From the NCBI GenBank assembly GCA_964647565.1, contig CAZYIM010000043.1:1-18165 (forward strand): a stretch of 18,165 bases of DNA. Direction: 5' to 3'. Of the stretch, positions 17,098-18,165 are shown piece by piece. How positions within the stretch are numbered: position 1 is the stretch's first letter; every line of letters begins with the position of its first letter. The stretch comes from an uncultured Methanosarcinales archaeon. GTDB lineage: Archaea > Nanobdellota > Nanobdellia > Woesearchaeales > CAZYIM01. Below the pieces are notes generated by a model. The model saw only the letters and a program-made list of their open reading frames with translations, searched no databases and was not told the DNA's origin. A program made the position numbers and the translations under genes.

Positions 17098-18165
17098 TCA
17101 TGTTATATCCGTTGAGAAATGTTCTATTACATGACAAGATTCATTTCCAGGTGGAAATGGCCCATCATAGGTAATCCAGCTAGGATCTGTGTAATCGTTT
17201 GTTGTGAAGGTGTCACAATTAGCCCTATTCTGGCAGTAGAAATCATCTACTTCAAACCAGTGGTTCTGGAAAAAAGTGTTGGACAGGTTTGCACAAACAT
17301 CTTCTCCAGAGATATTTAGTATAGCTATCTGCGAGGCTGTATCTAACCAGGTCATATTATCCCAGAAGACTGGGTCATAATAGGTCAGATTTTCACATAC
17401 AGGAATATCATATAACGTGCAATTGTCAAGGCAGATAAAGCCTGCAGGCACTCCGTCGGTACCATCGCATTCTTCTTCAGGAAGGTTTACTATTCCATCT
17501 CCGCAATGAGGAAGATCATCGTAACTGCATGCGCAGCTATTAAGACAGATATCTGTTGTATATATGTTCTGATCATCACAATCTGCATCAACTACACATT
17601 CAGCACCACACTCTCCTAAAACACATTCAGGATCTGCTGGTGGTGCAAGGCATTCAGGCTGATTCTCTTCACACAGACAATCGCCAAGACATGCATTCTC
17701 AACCGAATCAGTCACAGTTATGAAATCAAACACATCATTACCATTATAATCGACCATCTTAAGGTCAACACAGTAATCGTCGAATTGTTCTGAACATTCT
17801 GTTGGTCCACAATCATCATCTGAATCACATTGTGCATCACACTCACCCAGGATACATTTCAGATCTGGTTGAGGAGGTACGCACTCAGTTGGGTTCTCTT
17901 CACACAAACAATCTCCCAAGCAGAAATTTTCAGCTGAATTGTTAATTATGATTGAATCAAATACATCATTGCCATTATAATCTGCAACCATGTAATCGAC
18001 GCAATAGTCATCAAATTGTTCTGAACATTCTGTTGGTCCACAATCATCGTCACTATCACATTGTGCATCACATTCGCCTGCTACACAAATAGGGTCTGCT
18101 TGTGGAGGCTCGCATGTTGGTTGGTTGTCTTCACATGAACAGTTTCCAAAGCATGCATTATCTGC
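17098..18165 (-). CDS. Cys/Asp-rich extracellular repeat protein, 5' end beyond the window; separated from the downstream ORF by one in-frame TGA
   Basis: The frame is open to the edge (ADNACFGNCSCEDNQPTCEPPQADPICVAGECDAQC...); 77-aa repeats, CDDQNIYTTDIC and CGDGIVNLPEEECDG (Myxococcus Cys-rich/DUF4215-like) motifs. Confidence 0.8.
   Translation of the reverse strand, partial: ADNACFGNCSCEDNQPTCEPPQADPICVAGECDAQCDSDDDCGPTECSEQFDDYCVDYMVADYNGNDVFDSIIINNSAENFCLGDCLCEENPTECVPPQPDLKCILGECDAQCDSDDDCGPTECSEQFDDYCVDLKMVDYNGNDVFDFITVTDSVENACLGDCLCEENQPECLAPPADPECVLGECGAECVVDADCDDQNIYTTDICLNSCACSYDDLPHCGDGIVNLPEEECDGTDGVPAGFICLDNCTLYDIPVCENLTYYDPVFWDNMTWLDTASQIAILNISGEDVCANLSNTFFQNHWFEVDDFYCQNRANCDTFTTNDYTDPSWITYDGPFPPGNESCHVIEHFSTDIT
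17580..18165 (-). repeat. 231-nt (77-aa) tandem repeat, about 2.5 copies visible
   Basis: TTGTGCATCAC at 18061 and 17830, degenerate TTCAGCACCAC at 17599; ECDAQCDSDDDCGPTECSEQFDDYCVD is identical in two copies; 10 Cys per unit. Confidence 0.92.

Noticed and set aside
15606..17319. Plus-strand ORFs 15606..15788 and 17119..17319
   Set aside because: Antisense to the giant surface protein, with no independent support.
17580..18165. CRISPR array or DGR template/variable repeat
   Set aside because: The 231-nt period is in frame and protein coding, there are no unique spacers, mismatches are not restricted to adenines, and no reverse transcriptase is present.

Overview
AT-rich archaeal chromosomal segment, most consistent with a DPANN (Woesearchaeota-like) genome. 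The evidence is archaeal-type tpiA, DUF655, SlyD-type PPIase, an ftsZ-secE-spt5 run, class III (pilin) signal peptides and BRE-TATA promoters. The ORF track misses a secreted/lipoprotein gene at <1..662 (-), secE at 11348..11512, and the open continuation of the last ORF to the window edge. Main observations: (1) a giant Cys/Asp-rich surface protein with 77-aa tandem repeats is split only by one in-frame TGA (17098-17100), at a position where a paralogous module has Gly; the only other TGA gene end and a TGA upstream of secE also continue in frame; (2) a 143-bp MITE with GGC terminal inverted repeats and a perfect 8-bp target duplication sits inside a stop codon; (3) a three-way-junction structure at 14481..14568; (4) a bacterial outer-membrane-type CBM9/DUF5916 protein; (5) Spt5 with a ~160-aa acidic N-terminal extension; (6) an HExxH protein paired with a possible CNF1/CheD-fold Cys-His deamidase. 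All family assignments come from motif recognition by eye; no searches were run.
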